Below are positions 27,665 to 36,062 of a stretch of DNA of 61,733 nt, piece after piece. A program made the translations under genes and the position numbers. The stretch comes from Acidobacteria bacterium RIFCSPLOWO2_12_FULL_54_10 (GTDB lineage Bacteria > Acidobacteriota > Terriglobia > 2-12-FULL-54-10). The notes beneath the pieces were generated by a model. That model saw only the letters and a program-made list of their open reading frames with translations, ran no database searches and was not told the DNA's origin. The stretch is from positions 1-61,733 of the forward strand of contig MEKX01000013.1 of assembly GCA_001767075.1 (NCBI GenBank), given 5' to 3'. How positions within the stretch are numbered: the first letter of the stretch is position 1; every line of letters begins with the position of its first letter.

Positions 27665-29401
27665 ATGGAATTGTGCAGCATCATCATTCCCACCCGATTG
27701 CGCGCTGGGTTGCTTTCGGAAACTTTAGACACTTTGCATCGCCAAACCGACAAAAATTTTGAGGTTGTGGTTGTCTGCGATGGAGAGGACCCGGCAACCC
27801 GCGAGCTGGCATCTCGCTTCACAGCCGAGTATCCTCTTCGATGGGTTTTTAACGAATTCCATCAAGGTCTCGCTGCCGCCCGCAACAGCGGAGCGCTCGC
27901 TGCCTGCGGAGATTGGCTTATTTTCCTGGACGATGACGTAACTCCTGCCGACGACTGGCTAGCTCAGCACCGGAAGCATCAGTCGGAATGGATTCCGCAG
28001 TGTGACTTTGTTGTTTCCGGCAAAATCGTTGAGACCTATTCCTCACTCCCGAGATCGTCTTCAGAAATGATCTTGCGCACCCTGCGGGACCGCTACATGA
28101 CTGCTATGGAAAAAGAATTCCAGATAATGAGTGCTGATTTTGAAGCCTGGGTTTGGCTAGGGGACAACGGCTCGATTCGCAAGAATACGTTCCTTGCAAC
28201 CGGTGGGTTTGATCCGAATATCCAATTCCATGACGAAGATTTTGAATTCGCCTTTCGGTTGCGCAACCGCGGTGTCCGGTTCTATTTCGAACCTGGAGCT
28301 ATTGTTTATCATCGCAGCACAAAAAATCTTGTTGCAATTTCCCGGGAAATATATCGGCTTTCCGGCAAGAGACAAGTTTATCGTGTGCGAGAAAAAGGAC
28401 AACGCAACGCACAGGTTGCCGGGCTGACTTCCATGTACGGCAAGGGCGGGGCTTATTATATTTTCAATCGCTTGGCTTGGGAGTACCCCCATGCTTTTGA
28501 AAAAGCGGCGGAGGCTTGCCGCCAGGCAGTTGACGCGACCAATTCCGAGCTACTATTCCGCCTTTGGCTGCGATTGAATAAATATCTCTTCTGGCAAGGT
28601 GCCAGAGAGGAACGCGCCACTCTGGATTGGCTCCGTGAAATCGTTCGCTGTCGTGTCCCTGTGCTGAATTTCCACAGCATCGCATCTCCACCCCGGCCTG
28701 ACATGAATCACTATCACCTTTCTCCCCATCGTTTCCGCAGGTTTCTCGACTGGTTGCGTATCGCTCATTACCAAACTATCTTGCCGGGTGATTGGATGAA
28801 TGGAAATGTTCCTGATCGCAATGTGGTATTGACCTTCGACGATGGCTATGAAGATTTTCTTTCCGAAGCTTTCCCTCTTCTCTCGGAATTCAAAATGAAG
28901 GCTACTGTGTTTGTTGTGGCTGGCCGGCTCGGGCAATCCAATCAATGGGTGGAGCCTCTCGGGCATCCCGTCCGCCGTCTTCTCTCCAAAGAACAAATCC
29001 GGTTGCTTCACCGGCATGGCGTCCAATTTGGTTCCCATACCATGACCCATCCCTACCTTACGAAGGCTTCTGACGACGTTCTCCGGCGCGAAGTAACTGA
29101 CTCCAAGCGATTGCTGGAAGACTTGCTGGGTGTCGAAATATCTTGCTTTGCCTACCCTTATGGCGATCTCAATGAGCGTGTTCGCGCGGCGGTGGCCGAA
29201 GCGGGCTTTCGCGTTGCCATGTCGACGCAAGAAGGGATAAACTTGTGGAATGACCCCCTTTGGATGCGCAGAACCAATGTGAACGACACGGACTCTATAC
29301 TCGAATTCGCATTCAAAACGGCAATGGGACGCGACCTGCGTCAGGGGATGAAGCGCAAGATGAGTCGTCTGCGGAAGCAGCTCAGCTTCGGAGTGTCATG
29401 A
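27665..29401 (+). CDS. bifunctional-looking glycosyltransferase family 2 (N-terminal) / NodB-type polysaccharide deacetylase (C-terminal)
   Basis: N-terminal CSIIIPT...VVVCDGEDP...FLDDDV (GT2 DxD). C-terminal LTFDDGYEDF and HTMTHPYL (NodB motifs). An alternative TTG start lies at 27641. Confidence 0.8.
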   Translation: MELCSIIIPTRLRAGLLSETLDTLHRQTDKNFEVVVVCDGEDPATRELASRFTAEYPLRWVFNEFHQGLAAARNSGALAACGDWLIFLDDDVTPADDWLAQHRKHQSEWIPQCDFVVSGKIVETYSSLPRSSSEMILRTLRDRYMTAMEKEFQIMSADFEAWVWLGDNGSIRKNTFLATGGFDPNIQFHDEDFEFAFRLRNRGVRFYFEPGAIVYHRSTKNLVAISREIYRLSGKRQVYRVREKGQRNAQVAGLTSMYGKGGAYYIFNRLAWEYPHAFEKAAEACRQAVDATNSELLFRLWLRLNKYLFWQGAREERATLDWLREIVRCRVPVLNFHSIASPPRPDMNHYHLSPHRFRRFLDWLRIAHYQTILPGDWMNGNVPDRNVVLTFDDGYEDFLSEAFPLLSEFKMKATVFVVAGRLGQSNQWVEPLGHPVRRLLSKEQIRLLHRHGVQFGSHTMTHPYLTKASDDVLRREVTDSKRLLEDLLGVEISCFAYPYGDLNERVRAAVAEAGFRVAMSTQEGINLWNDPLWMRRTNVNDTDSILEFAFKTAMGRDLRQGMKRKMSRLRKQLSFGVS

Positions 29402-30456
29402 AGATATCGGTCATCATCTGCACTTACAATTACGCGCACTTCCTCAAAGAGGCCCTGCGAACGGTTGCAGCCCAAAACTATCCCTACTTCGAACTGCTCA
29501 TCGTCGACGATGGTTCCTCGGATGACACTGAGCAAGTGGTGGCTAGTTTCCAGAACCGTTTCCGGCAGTGCAGATATTTGAAGAAACCCCATACAAACTT
29601 GGGTGATTCCCGGAACTTCGGGATCGCCGCCGCTAGCGGTACTCATATTGCATTTCTCGATGCAGACGATTTGTGGTCTCCAGACTACCTCGCCTCGATG
29701 CTGGATGTGTTCGAACAGCATCCTGAGGCTGAGTTGGTTTGCTGTAACTGTCTCTGCATTCAAGGTACGGGATTGGTGACCGGTTCGTTATTCCCGCCCG
29801 GCTTACCTTCTATCTGCGGCCCGCTTCTCACGCCGCGCGAGATTTTTGATTTCTTCCCATTTGTCCTGCCTTCGGGAATGGTCTTTACAAAATCTCTCAT
29901 CCATCGGATCGGCTTGTTTCAGCCTGGATCACCCACAGGGGCTGAAGATTGGCCCTGGGTCATTCGGGCAGCCGCACAGGGCGCTTTTTGCGTCCGCTTG
30001 GACCGTTATTTAGTCCTATATCGTTTTCATGGGGGAAATTTGACCGCCCATCGCCACAAAAATTTCGAGGAGTGGCTCAGAGTTTGCGAGGATTTGTGGC
30101 GGGATCAGAATGTGAATTCCGAAGCGATGACGTTGGCCCGAAAAATGACTCGTAGTAGAATACCGGCCTTGCTGGCGCGCTATCCTGCGGCGACCAACCG
30201 CCGCTTGCTTCAACACGCGCTCCGCGTTCATGGCCCCGATTGGATTCTTACGTCCGCGAATTGGGCTACCTACTTGGGGTTGTGCCCGTCCGCCAAAGTC
30301 GCCTATCGACTAAAGAAATTCTTGCAATATTTCGCCGCACCCCCGCTGGGGTTGATATTGGATCTCCAGGCAGCGCCCGAGGCCTTGTTTGCCTCGATTG
30401 CCCCCCAGCCTGTTGCCGCTTCTCGAGCGGCGGCAGCCGCCTCCAAATCTGCTTAA
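29398..30456 (+). CDS. glycosyltransferase family 2
   Basis: MKISVIICTYNYAHFL...LIVDDGSSD...FLDADD. ATGA overlap with the preceding gene. Confidence 0.8.
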   Translation: MKISVIICTYNYAHFLKEALRTVAAQNYPYFELLIVDDGSSDDTEQVVASFQNRFRQCRYLKKPHTNLGDSRNFGIAAASGTHIAFLDADDLWSPDYLASMLDVFEQHPEAELVCCNCLCIQGTGLVTGSLFPPGLPSICGPLLTPREIFDFFPFVLPSGMVFTKSLIHRIGLFQPGSPTGAEDWPWVIRAAAQGAFCVRLDRYLVLYRFHGGNLTAHRHKNFEEWLRVCEDLWRDQNVNSEAMTLARKMTRSRIPALLARYPAATNRRLLQHALRVHGPDWILTSANWATYLGLCPSAKVAYRLKKFLQYFAAPPLGLILDLQAAPEALFASIAPQPVAASRAAAAASKSA

Positions 30457-30665
30457 TTGCCCGCGCTGACTGAGCGGCGGGCAATTTGACTCGTATCGCC
30501 CTGCTATGCCATTGCCTGCATTAGAAATTTTTGATTTAGCATAGTAGGCAGGCAAATCCAACTGTCGCTTGCAGTCGTTCAAGCCAGCTCTCGAACTATC
30601 TGTTACTTCGATTCATCTAGTGTTAATATATTTCGGAATGCGGTCCCCTTTTTCAGAGGACTGCT

Positions 30666-31775
30666 TTGAAACGCACGTTGGTGGAGATGATGCCGGAAAT
30701 GCCAAACGTCAATCATCCGGGGCTTTTGAAACGGGTTGTTGCGCACTGCGCATTCAGTGCATGGGTTTGTTTCTCCCTCCTAATGTCTGTCGGTTTAACC
30801 TCCCCCAGCTTTGCTGAAGATTTCGCTAAAGGCGAATTGGAATTCCGCGGTCGGGTCATTCTGCCTCCGCGTACGCTCGGTCGCAGGCAGTTCGTTCAAG
30901 TGACGCTGGTGGAAGTCGGTTCACCATTTACGGCTAGAACTTATGCCGATGCTGGTGGAAATTTCCGCTTCCGGAAACTCAATCCTGCTTCCTACACTCT
31001 CTCATTTTATATACCTGCCTTCGGCGAAATATCCCAGACACTTCATCTCACGGAAAGTAATGTTACGGCCAAGAACCGTTTTGAGAAGCGATTTGAAGTC
31101 GGTCAGGAGGCGCTCAATAACGCCAGGGAGCTGGGACGGGGTCAGGTCTCCGTACGGCAGTTAACGATTGAATACAGCGCCCGCCGGGAGTATGACAAGG
31201 CCGTCGATCGCCTGGAAGATCGCGATGTCGATGACGCTATTAGCCACCTGCAGCGCGCATTGGAGATTTCGCCGCAGTACATGGAAGCCATTAACAATCT
31301 CGGCACGATTTATTTCCAGTTGAAGGATTATTCCCGGGCTGAGGAATATTTTCGCCGCGCCCTGGTACTGGAGCCGAACGCTTTTGAGCCTCTGCTCAAT
31401 TTGGGCGGCGTTCTGTTGGCGCTCAAGCAAACCGATGAAATTCTGGATTTGAATCTTCGCGCCTACGAGCTTCGCCCCCAAGATCCTCTCGCCAACGCTC
31501 AATTAGGCCTCAGCTATTACTTTTTGGAAGACTACGAACAGGCTCTGCAATATATCTCTCGTACCAAAGAAATCGATCCCATTCATTTCACCAAACCCCA
31601 GTTGTCGCTAGCCGAAATTCACTTGCGGCGCGGTGAGTATGGTTTGGCTCTGCGCGAGCTGCGCGAATTCCTGGACCGCTTTCCCGACTCCTCCGAAGCG
31701 GACGATGCGCGCGGCACCGTCGATAAAATCCTCAGCTCTCTGGAAGCCTCGGCCAAGGATCGCCTGCCTTTGTGA
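30666..31775 (+). CDS. TPR-repeat protein with an N-terminal signal/anchor and a carboxypeptidase-regulatory-like beta domain
   Basis: GRVILPP...GNFRFRKLNPASYTLS (CarboxypepD_reg-like), then several TPR units (AISHLQRALEISPQYMEAINNLG...). The start codon is uncertain. Confidence 0.7.
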   Translation: MKRTLVEMMPEMPNVNHPGLLKRVVAHCAFSAWVCFSLLMSVGLTSPSFAEDFAKGELEFRGRVILPPRTLGRRQFVQVTLVEVGSPFTARTYADAGGNFRFRKLNPASYTLSFYIPAFGEISQTLHLTESNVTAKNRFEKRFEVGQEALNNARELGRGQVSVRQLTIEYSARREYDKAVDRLEDRDVDDAISHLQRALEISPQYMEAINNLGTIYFQLKDYSRAEEYFRRALVLEPNAFEPLLNLGGVLLALKQTDEILDLNLRAYELRPQDPLANAQLGLSYYFLEDYEQALQYISRTKEIDPIHFTKPQLSLAEIHLRRGEYGLALRELREFLDRFPDSSEADDARGTVDKILSSLEASAKDRLPL

Positions 31776-31788
31776 ATCCAGGGTCGGA

Positions 31789-32427
31789 TCATTCCGCTGC
31801 TTTTAATTTCCGAAAACGGGCTACTGATTCATCCAGCTCAGTCGTTCCCCAATGGATTGCCCTCCATTGGTTGTTTTCATAAAGCAGAATGGCCTCACCT
31901 TTGTTATCTTTTTGCATCTCAGGGCCGTCGTCCCCGAGAACTGCCACAGCCTCGCCCAACTCCTCCCAGTTGTAAACGAATTCTATTTCCCGGCTTGTCC
32001 CCCGCCGCTTCATAGTTGTCACTTCCTTGACCATGCGTTTGCCTACTCGAGCCGTCGATACAATATCATTGCCTATTTCTGAAAAGAACATCCTTCCCTG
32101 GTTGGTCAGCCTCACCTCAATAAAATGATTCGCGCCGGATCCTCGTTGTGTTCTCCAAATTCCGCTTTTCACGCCAGCCTCCAGCAGCCGGTCATTTTCT
32201 GCTGTATCCTCAACGCGCCGCGGGAAGTTGATTTCCAAAACCGGCTCACGAAATCCCGACTGGGCGTTTAATGCATCTCGTGCTTTAGATTTCCCGACGC
32301 TGAGCCACATCCACCATCCCGCTGCAACGGCCAGCAGACAGCCAGCGCCAGCCATCCACCAGAATGTTTTCAAGCGGAATAAACTAGTCGCAGGCATGAA
32401 ATCCACCAGCCTTGATTTTATTGCCAT
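31789..32427 (-). CDS. hypothetical membrane-anchored protein
   Basis: 212 aa with a single TM segment (FWWMAGAGCLLAVAAGWWMWL) and no recognised motif. Confidence 0.45.
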   Translation of the reverse strand: MAIKSRLVDFMPATSLFRLKTFWWMAGAGCLLAVAAGWWMWLSVGKSKARDALNAQSGFREPVLEINFPRRVEDTAENDRLLEAGVKSGIWRTQRGSGANHFIEVRLTNQGRMFFSEIGNDIVSTARVGKRMVKEVTTMKRRGTSREIEFVYNWEELGEAVAVLGDDGPEMQKDNKGEAILLYENNQWRAIHWGTTELDESVARFRKLKAAE

Positions 32428-32458
32428 GATTTCATCCCTCTCGTTTGCACCAGGATGA

Positions 32459-32791
32459 TCAGGATGCCAGCAACGCTGCGATCACCAGCGTCACTGCCGT
32501 CAATGCGCTTACGCCTAGCATCAATCCTGTTGGCATCATTTTCTTCGTTTTGCGGAAGCGAATATAAAATACTCCCCCCAGCAGCAGCGCAAAGACCGTT
32601 CCCATCAGGTATCCCCGCACAGGGCGGTACTCTGCGATCCGGTAGGCAACGGTCATCAGCGCGCCCGCGATCAGCCCCGATGTAAATGATATCCGGCTGC
32701 CGCCCTTGCGCCACCCCACGAACCCGCCGGCGACGACCAATCCGGCGTATCCCAGCAACACCCAGGCGCCGAATGAATGGCTCTCCCCCAT
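32459..32791 (-). CDS. small four-TM membrane protein (TMEM14/UPF0136-like)
   Basis: 110 aa with four Gly-rich hydrophobic helices. Confidence 0.55.
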   Translation of the reverse strand: MGESHSFGAWVLLGYAGLVVAGGFVGWRKGGSRISFTSGLIAGALMTVAYRIAEYRPVRGYLMGTVFALLLGGVFYIRFRKTKKMMPTGLMLGVSALTAVTLVIAALLAS

Positions 32792-32953
32792 GGTTCACTT
32801 TCCTTGAAATGGATTCTTCCCAATTCTTAAGTATTCTAACGCTTCTCAAAACCATCAGCCCAGCCTTCCTGCCGACATTTTCACATGTTCTTGTTTCATG
32901 ACATCCACTTCCCGTTCGGCTAACATAGTGTTGTTACGGTTCGGAGACGCGCT

Positions 32954-34270
32954 ATGGAGCTTCGCACAATCCTGATCGGCCCTTTTTTGTTGCTGAATGT
33001 ATTTGCCTGCCTGGTCTTGCTTTTCAGCCTGCGGACTTGGATTCATCAGCCCGCCGCCCGGCGCTGGTCTTCTGCGTTCCTCTTATTGGCAATCATTTTG
33101 TTGAATCTTCCATTGCTTGCCTTTTATGCTGAGTGGGTGGATTTGCAATTGATAAAATATCCTTCTTCTTTTTTGCAAGCTGCATATCTCCCCTCCGCCG
33201 CCTGGCTCATTACGCTGATTATTTTCTTTTTGGTGGCAGCTCCGCTTTTCATCGTTTCGGGCATGGCCAAAGGATGGCAATTCCTCGCAAGCCGTTTTCG
33301 AGCCGGCAACCAATCGCTTGAAACACCTGCTGAAATCCATTCCCCGTCCTTAACGCGCCGCAAGTTCATCGCCGGAAGTGCGGGTCTGTTGATCCCGGCT
33401 ATTTATGGTGGCGCTGCTTACAGCGTTTACGGGACGCTGGGTGACATTGATGTCTCCAAAGAAATAGAAATTCCCATTCCGCACTTGCCGCGCTCTTTGG
33501 ATGGGATGACCATCGTTCAGGTTTCCGACTTCCATGTCGGACCTTACATTCGCCAGTCTGATTTGGAACGGGTGGTTCAGCTCGTCCAGCCGTTGCGCCC
33601 GGATTTGATCGCCCTCACCGGTGACCTGATTGACAGCCGCTTGTTTACGCTCCCGGAAGCCCTGAACGGCTTGCGGAAACTCCAAGCTCCCCTGGGTGTT
33701 TTTAATGTTCTGGGCAATCACGATATCTATGCCGACTCCCTCAGCTTTACTGAGGAACATCGCGGGGGCGTGAAAATAGTAGAGGGTCTTGACTCGATTG
33801 GCATACGCACTTTGCGCAATGAAGTCGTGCGCATCGGTTCCGGCCAGGATCAACTGTCCCTTCTCGGTCTCGACTGGCTCAATTCCGACCCCCGCAACAG
33901 GAATTTCTACCGCTATCCCATTGAACAGGCCCGCAACATTCTCATAGGCATGGCGGAACAAGCCGGCCCGGAAACCCCCAAAGTTCTGCTCACGCACCAT
34001 CCGGATATGTTTACTTATGCTCATCCGTTAGGAATTGGCCTTTCGCTGGCCGGACACACGCACGGCGGCGGCCAGATCGTGCTCGGTTATATTAACGGGC
34101 GGCCGCTCGGGGTCTCTATGCTTCGTTTCCGCTATCTGAGCGGTCTTTATCAGGAACAAGGTTGCTCGTTGTACGTCAACCGCGGTATTGGTTTTCTGGG
34201 CGTTCCCATCCGGCTCAACAGTCCCCCGGAAATCAGCCGCTTCAAGCTGGTCCGTTCTGTACCCGCCTAA
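32954..34270 (+). CDS. membrane-associated metallophosphoesterase (calcineurin-like)
   Basis: N-terminal TM helices, then SDFHVG, TGDLID, GNHD and GHTHGG motifs. Confidence 0.8.
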   Translation: MELRTILIGPFLLLNVFACLVLLFSLRTWIHQPAARRWSSAFLLLAIILLNLPLLAFYAEWVDLQLIKYPSSFLQAAYLPSAAWLITLIIFFLVAAPLFIVSGMAKGWQFLASRFRAGNQSLETPAEIHSPSLTRRKFIAGSAGLLIPAIYGGAAYSVYGTLGDIDVSKEIEIPIPHLPRSLDGMTIVQVSDFHVGPYIRQSDLERVVQLVQPLRPDLIALTGDLIDSRLFTLPEALNGLRKLQAPLGVFNVLGNHDIYADSLSFTEEHRGGVKIVEGLDSIGIRTLRNEVVRIGSGQDQLSLLGLDWLNSDPRNRNFYRYPIEQARNILIGMAEQAGPETPKVLLTHHPDMFTYAHPLGIGLSLAGHTHGGGQIVLGYINGRPLGVSMLRFRYLSGLYQEQGCSLYVNRGIGFLGVPIRLNSPPEISRFKLVRSVPA

Positions 34271-34338
34271 AATATTTTTATTGGGTGAAGCGTAGTAATC
34301 GGGACGCGCCAGATTTATCCTTAGTCTTGCAATCTAGT

Positions 34339-35383
34339 TGTTTAGTCCCATGGCATGAGGGTATAAGATATGGCCGCATACGGAGGGACAAGCTATGGGA
34401 CAGATATTACACAGGTGCGCCCGCACGACAGAGGCATTGCGTCGAGCAATCCAAGATAGTCAAGAGAGCATAGCTGCGCTGGCGGCACGCTACGGGCTGA
34501 ACCCCAAGACGGTTCACAAGTGGAAGCGGCGTAAGTTCACGCACGATGCGGCGATGGGGCCGAAGGCTGCGCGTTCCACGGTTCTAACTTCAGAAGAAGA
34601 AGCCATCGTTGTGGCCTTCCGCAAGATGACGCTGTTGCCGCTGGACGACTGCCTGTATGCGCTGCAATCGAGCATCCCGGCCTTGACCCGCTCCGCCCTG
34701 CACCGCTGCTTTCAGCGGCACGGCATCAGCCGACTGCCGGACAGGGCAGGCGACAAGCCTGCCATGAAGAAGTTCCAGGCGTATCCGATCGGATACTTTC
34801 ACATCGATATCGCGGAAGTTCATACGGAAGAAGGGCGTTTGTATTTGTTTGTCGCCATCGACCGCACCTCGAAGTTCGCCTTTGCTGAGCTGCATGACAA
34901 GGCGACGCGGCGGATGGCCGCCAACTTTCTGCATCATCTTGTCGAAGCCGTTCCTTATAAAATCCATGCCATCCTGACGGGCAACGGCTTGCAGTTCACC
35001 GAGCTTGCCCACTTCAGAAAATCGGTCAGAGAAAAACCGGAGATTGAAAACCCTCACGGCTTCTATCTGGTGCAGGCCTTCGACTACGCCTGTGAAAAGC
35101 ACGGCATCGAACACAGGCTCACCAAAGTCAGGCACCCCTGGACGAACGGGCAAGTCGAGCGCAGGAACCGGACGATCCAGGATGCGACCGTCAAAAAGTA
35201 TTATTACCAGTCACGCGATGAGTTGAAGCAGCGCCTGCATGCCTTCCTGCTGGCCTACAACTTCGCCAAACGCCTGAACGTTATTAAAGGGCTGACGGCT
35301 TACGAATACATCTGCAAAGTCTGGACCAACGAGCCGGTACGCTTCAGAATCAACCCACTCCATCTTACCGTGGGACTAAACAG
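34339..35383 (+). mobile_element. IS481-family insertion sequence
   Basis: Terminal inverted repeats TGTTTAGTCCCATGG (34339-34353) and CCGTGGGACTAAACA (35369-35383), matching at 14/15 positions. Flanked by TCTAGT and GCTAGT, CTAG-centred as is typical for IS481-type targets. Contains a single DDE transposase ORF. Confidence 0.8.
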
Positions 35384-35387
35384 CTAG
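34395..35387 (+). CDS. IS481-family DDE transposase
   Basis: N-terminal HTH (LNPKTVHKWKRR) and an rve-type catalytic core (FHIDI...LTGNG.QF...RHPWTNGQVER). The TAG stop lies in the flanking CTAG. Confidence 0.9.
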   Translation: MGQILHRCARTTEALRRAIQDSQESIAALAARYGLNPKTVHKWKRRKFTHDAAMGPKAARSTVLTSEEEAIVVAFRKMTLLPLDDCLYALQSSIPALTRSALHRCFQRHGISRLPDRAGDKPAMKKFQAYPIGYFHIDIAEVHTEEGRLYLFVAIDRTSKFAFAELHDKATRRMAANFLHHLVEAVPYKIHAILTGNGLQFTELAHFRKSVREKPEIENPHGFYLVQAFDYACEKHGIEHRLTKVRHPWTNGQVERRNRTIQDATVKKYYYQSRDELKQRLHAFLLAYNFAKRLNVIKGLTAYEYICKVWTNEPVRFRINPLHLTVGLNS

Positions 35388-35409
35388 TGTACTTAACGAG
35401 TATAGAGTA

Positions 35410-35439
35410 TTGACAAGTGAACGATTGTTCACCTATGAT
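35410..35439 (+). promoter_or_regulatory. promoter with an embedded palindromic SOS-type operator
   Basis: TTGACA (35410-35415), an 18-nt spacer, then TATGAT (35434-35439). The spacer is almost entirely the perfect palindrome GTGAACGATTGTTCAC (35417-35432), which is GAAC-N4-GTTC, Cheo-box-like. Confidence 0.6.
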
Positions 35440-35452
35440 ATCCAAGAAAGCC

Positions 35453-36025
35453 ATGACACCGCTGGAAACCAACACGGCAAGGATTCAGGCGTTTTACCGC
35501 GACCACCGGCGCATGCCGTCCTATAGCGAGATCATGAGCTTAGCCGGATTTAAGTCCAAGAATGCGGCTTTTAAGCTGGTCAGGAAGCTCTTGGAGCTTA
35601 GGGTTGTTGCCAAGGATGCAACAGGTCGTCTCATCCCAAAACGGCTCGATACAGCCATTCCGGTGCTCGGCGTGGTAGAGGCTGGCTGGCCTTCCCCTGC
35701 TGAGGAAGAACTCCTGGACACAATGACGCTGGACGAGTACCTGATCCGCAATAAGGAAGCGACCTACCTGCTGAAGGTCAAGGGCGAATCGATGATCGAT
35801 GCAGGCATTTTACCCGGGGACCAGGTGCTTGCAGAGCGCGGAATCGAGCCGAAGGACGGCGATATCGTCATTGCGGAAGTGGACGGCAAATGGACGATGA
35901 AGTATTTCCGCAAGCGCGGCTCCCGCATCGTTCTCGTTCCAGGCAACAAGCAGTTCAAGCCGATTATCCCGAAAGAAGAACTTCGCATCGCCGCTGTCGT
36001 CAAAGCCGTCATCCGAAAATACTAA
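35453..36025 (+). CDS. LexA/UmuD-like S24 protein with an N-terminal wHTH and intact cleavage motifs
   Basis: The ATG at 35453 is the first start downstream of the promoter. Features are the wHTH (MPSYSEIMSLAGFKSKNAAFKLVRKL), an Ala-Gly site in VLGVVEAGWP, the Ser nucleophile in KGESMIDAGI, and the Lys in WTMKYF. Confidence 0.8.
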   Translation: MTPLETNTARIQAFYRDHRRMPSYSEIMSLAGFKSKNAAFKLVRKLLELRVVAKDATGRLIPKRLDTAIPVLGVVEAGWPSPAEEELLDTMTLDEYLIRNKEATYLLKVKGESMIDAGILPGDQVLAERGIEPKDGDIVIAEVDGKWTMKYFRKRGSRIVLVPGNKQFKPIIPKEELRIAAVVKAVIRKY

Positions 36026-36062
36026 CCGTTGCAAGACAACTTTCCGGTCCAGAACACTCGTT

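Noticed and set aside
35417-35452. The longer version of the LexA-like ORF starting at the GTG at 35417 (MNDCSPMISKKA...).
   Set aside because: That start lies inside the promoter spacer and palindromic operator, so the first ATG downstream of the -10 hexamer (35453) is more plausible.
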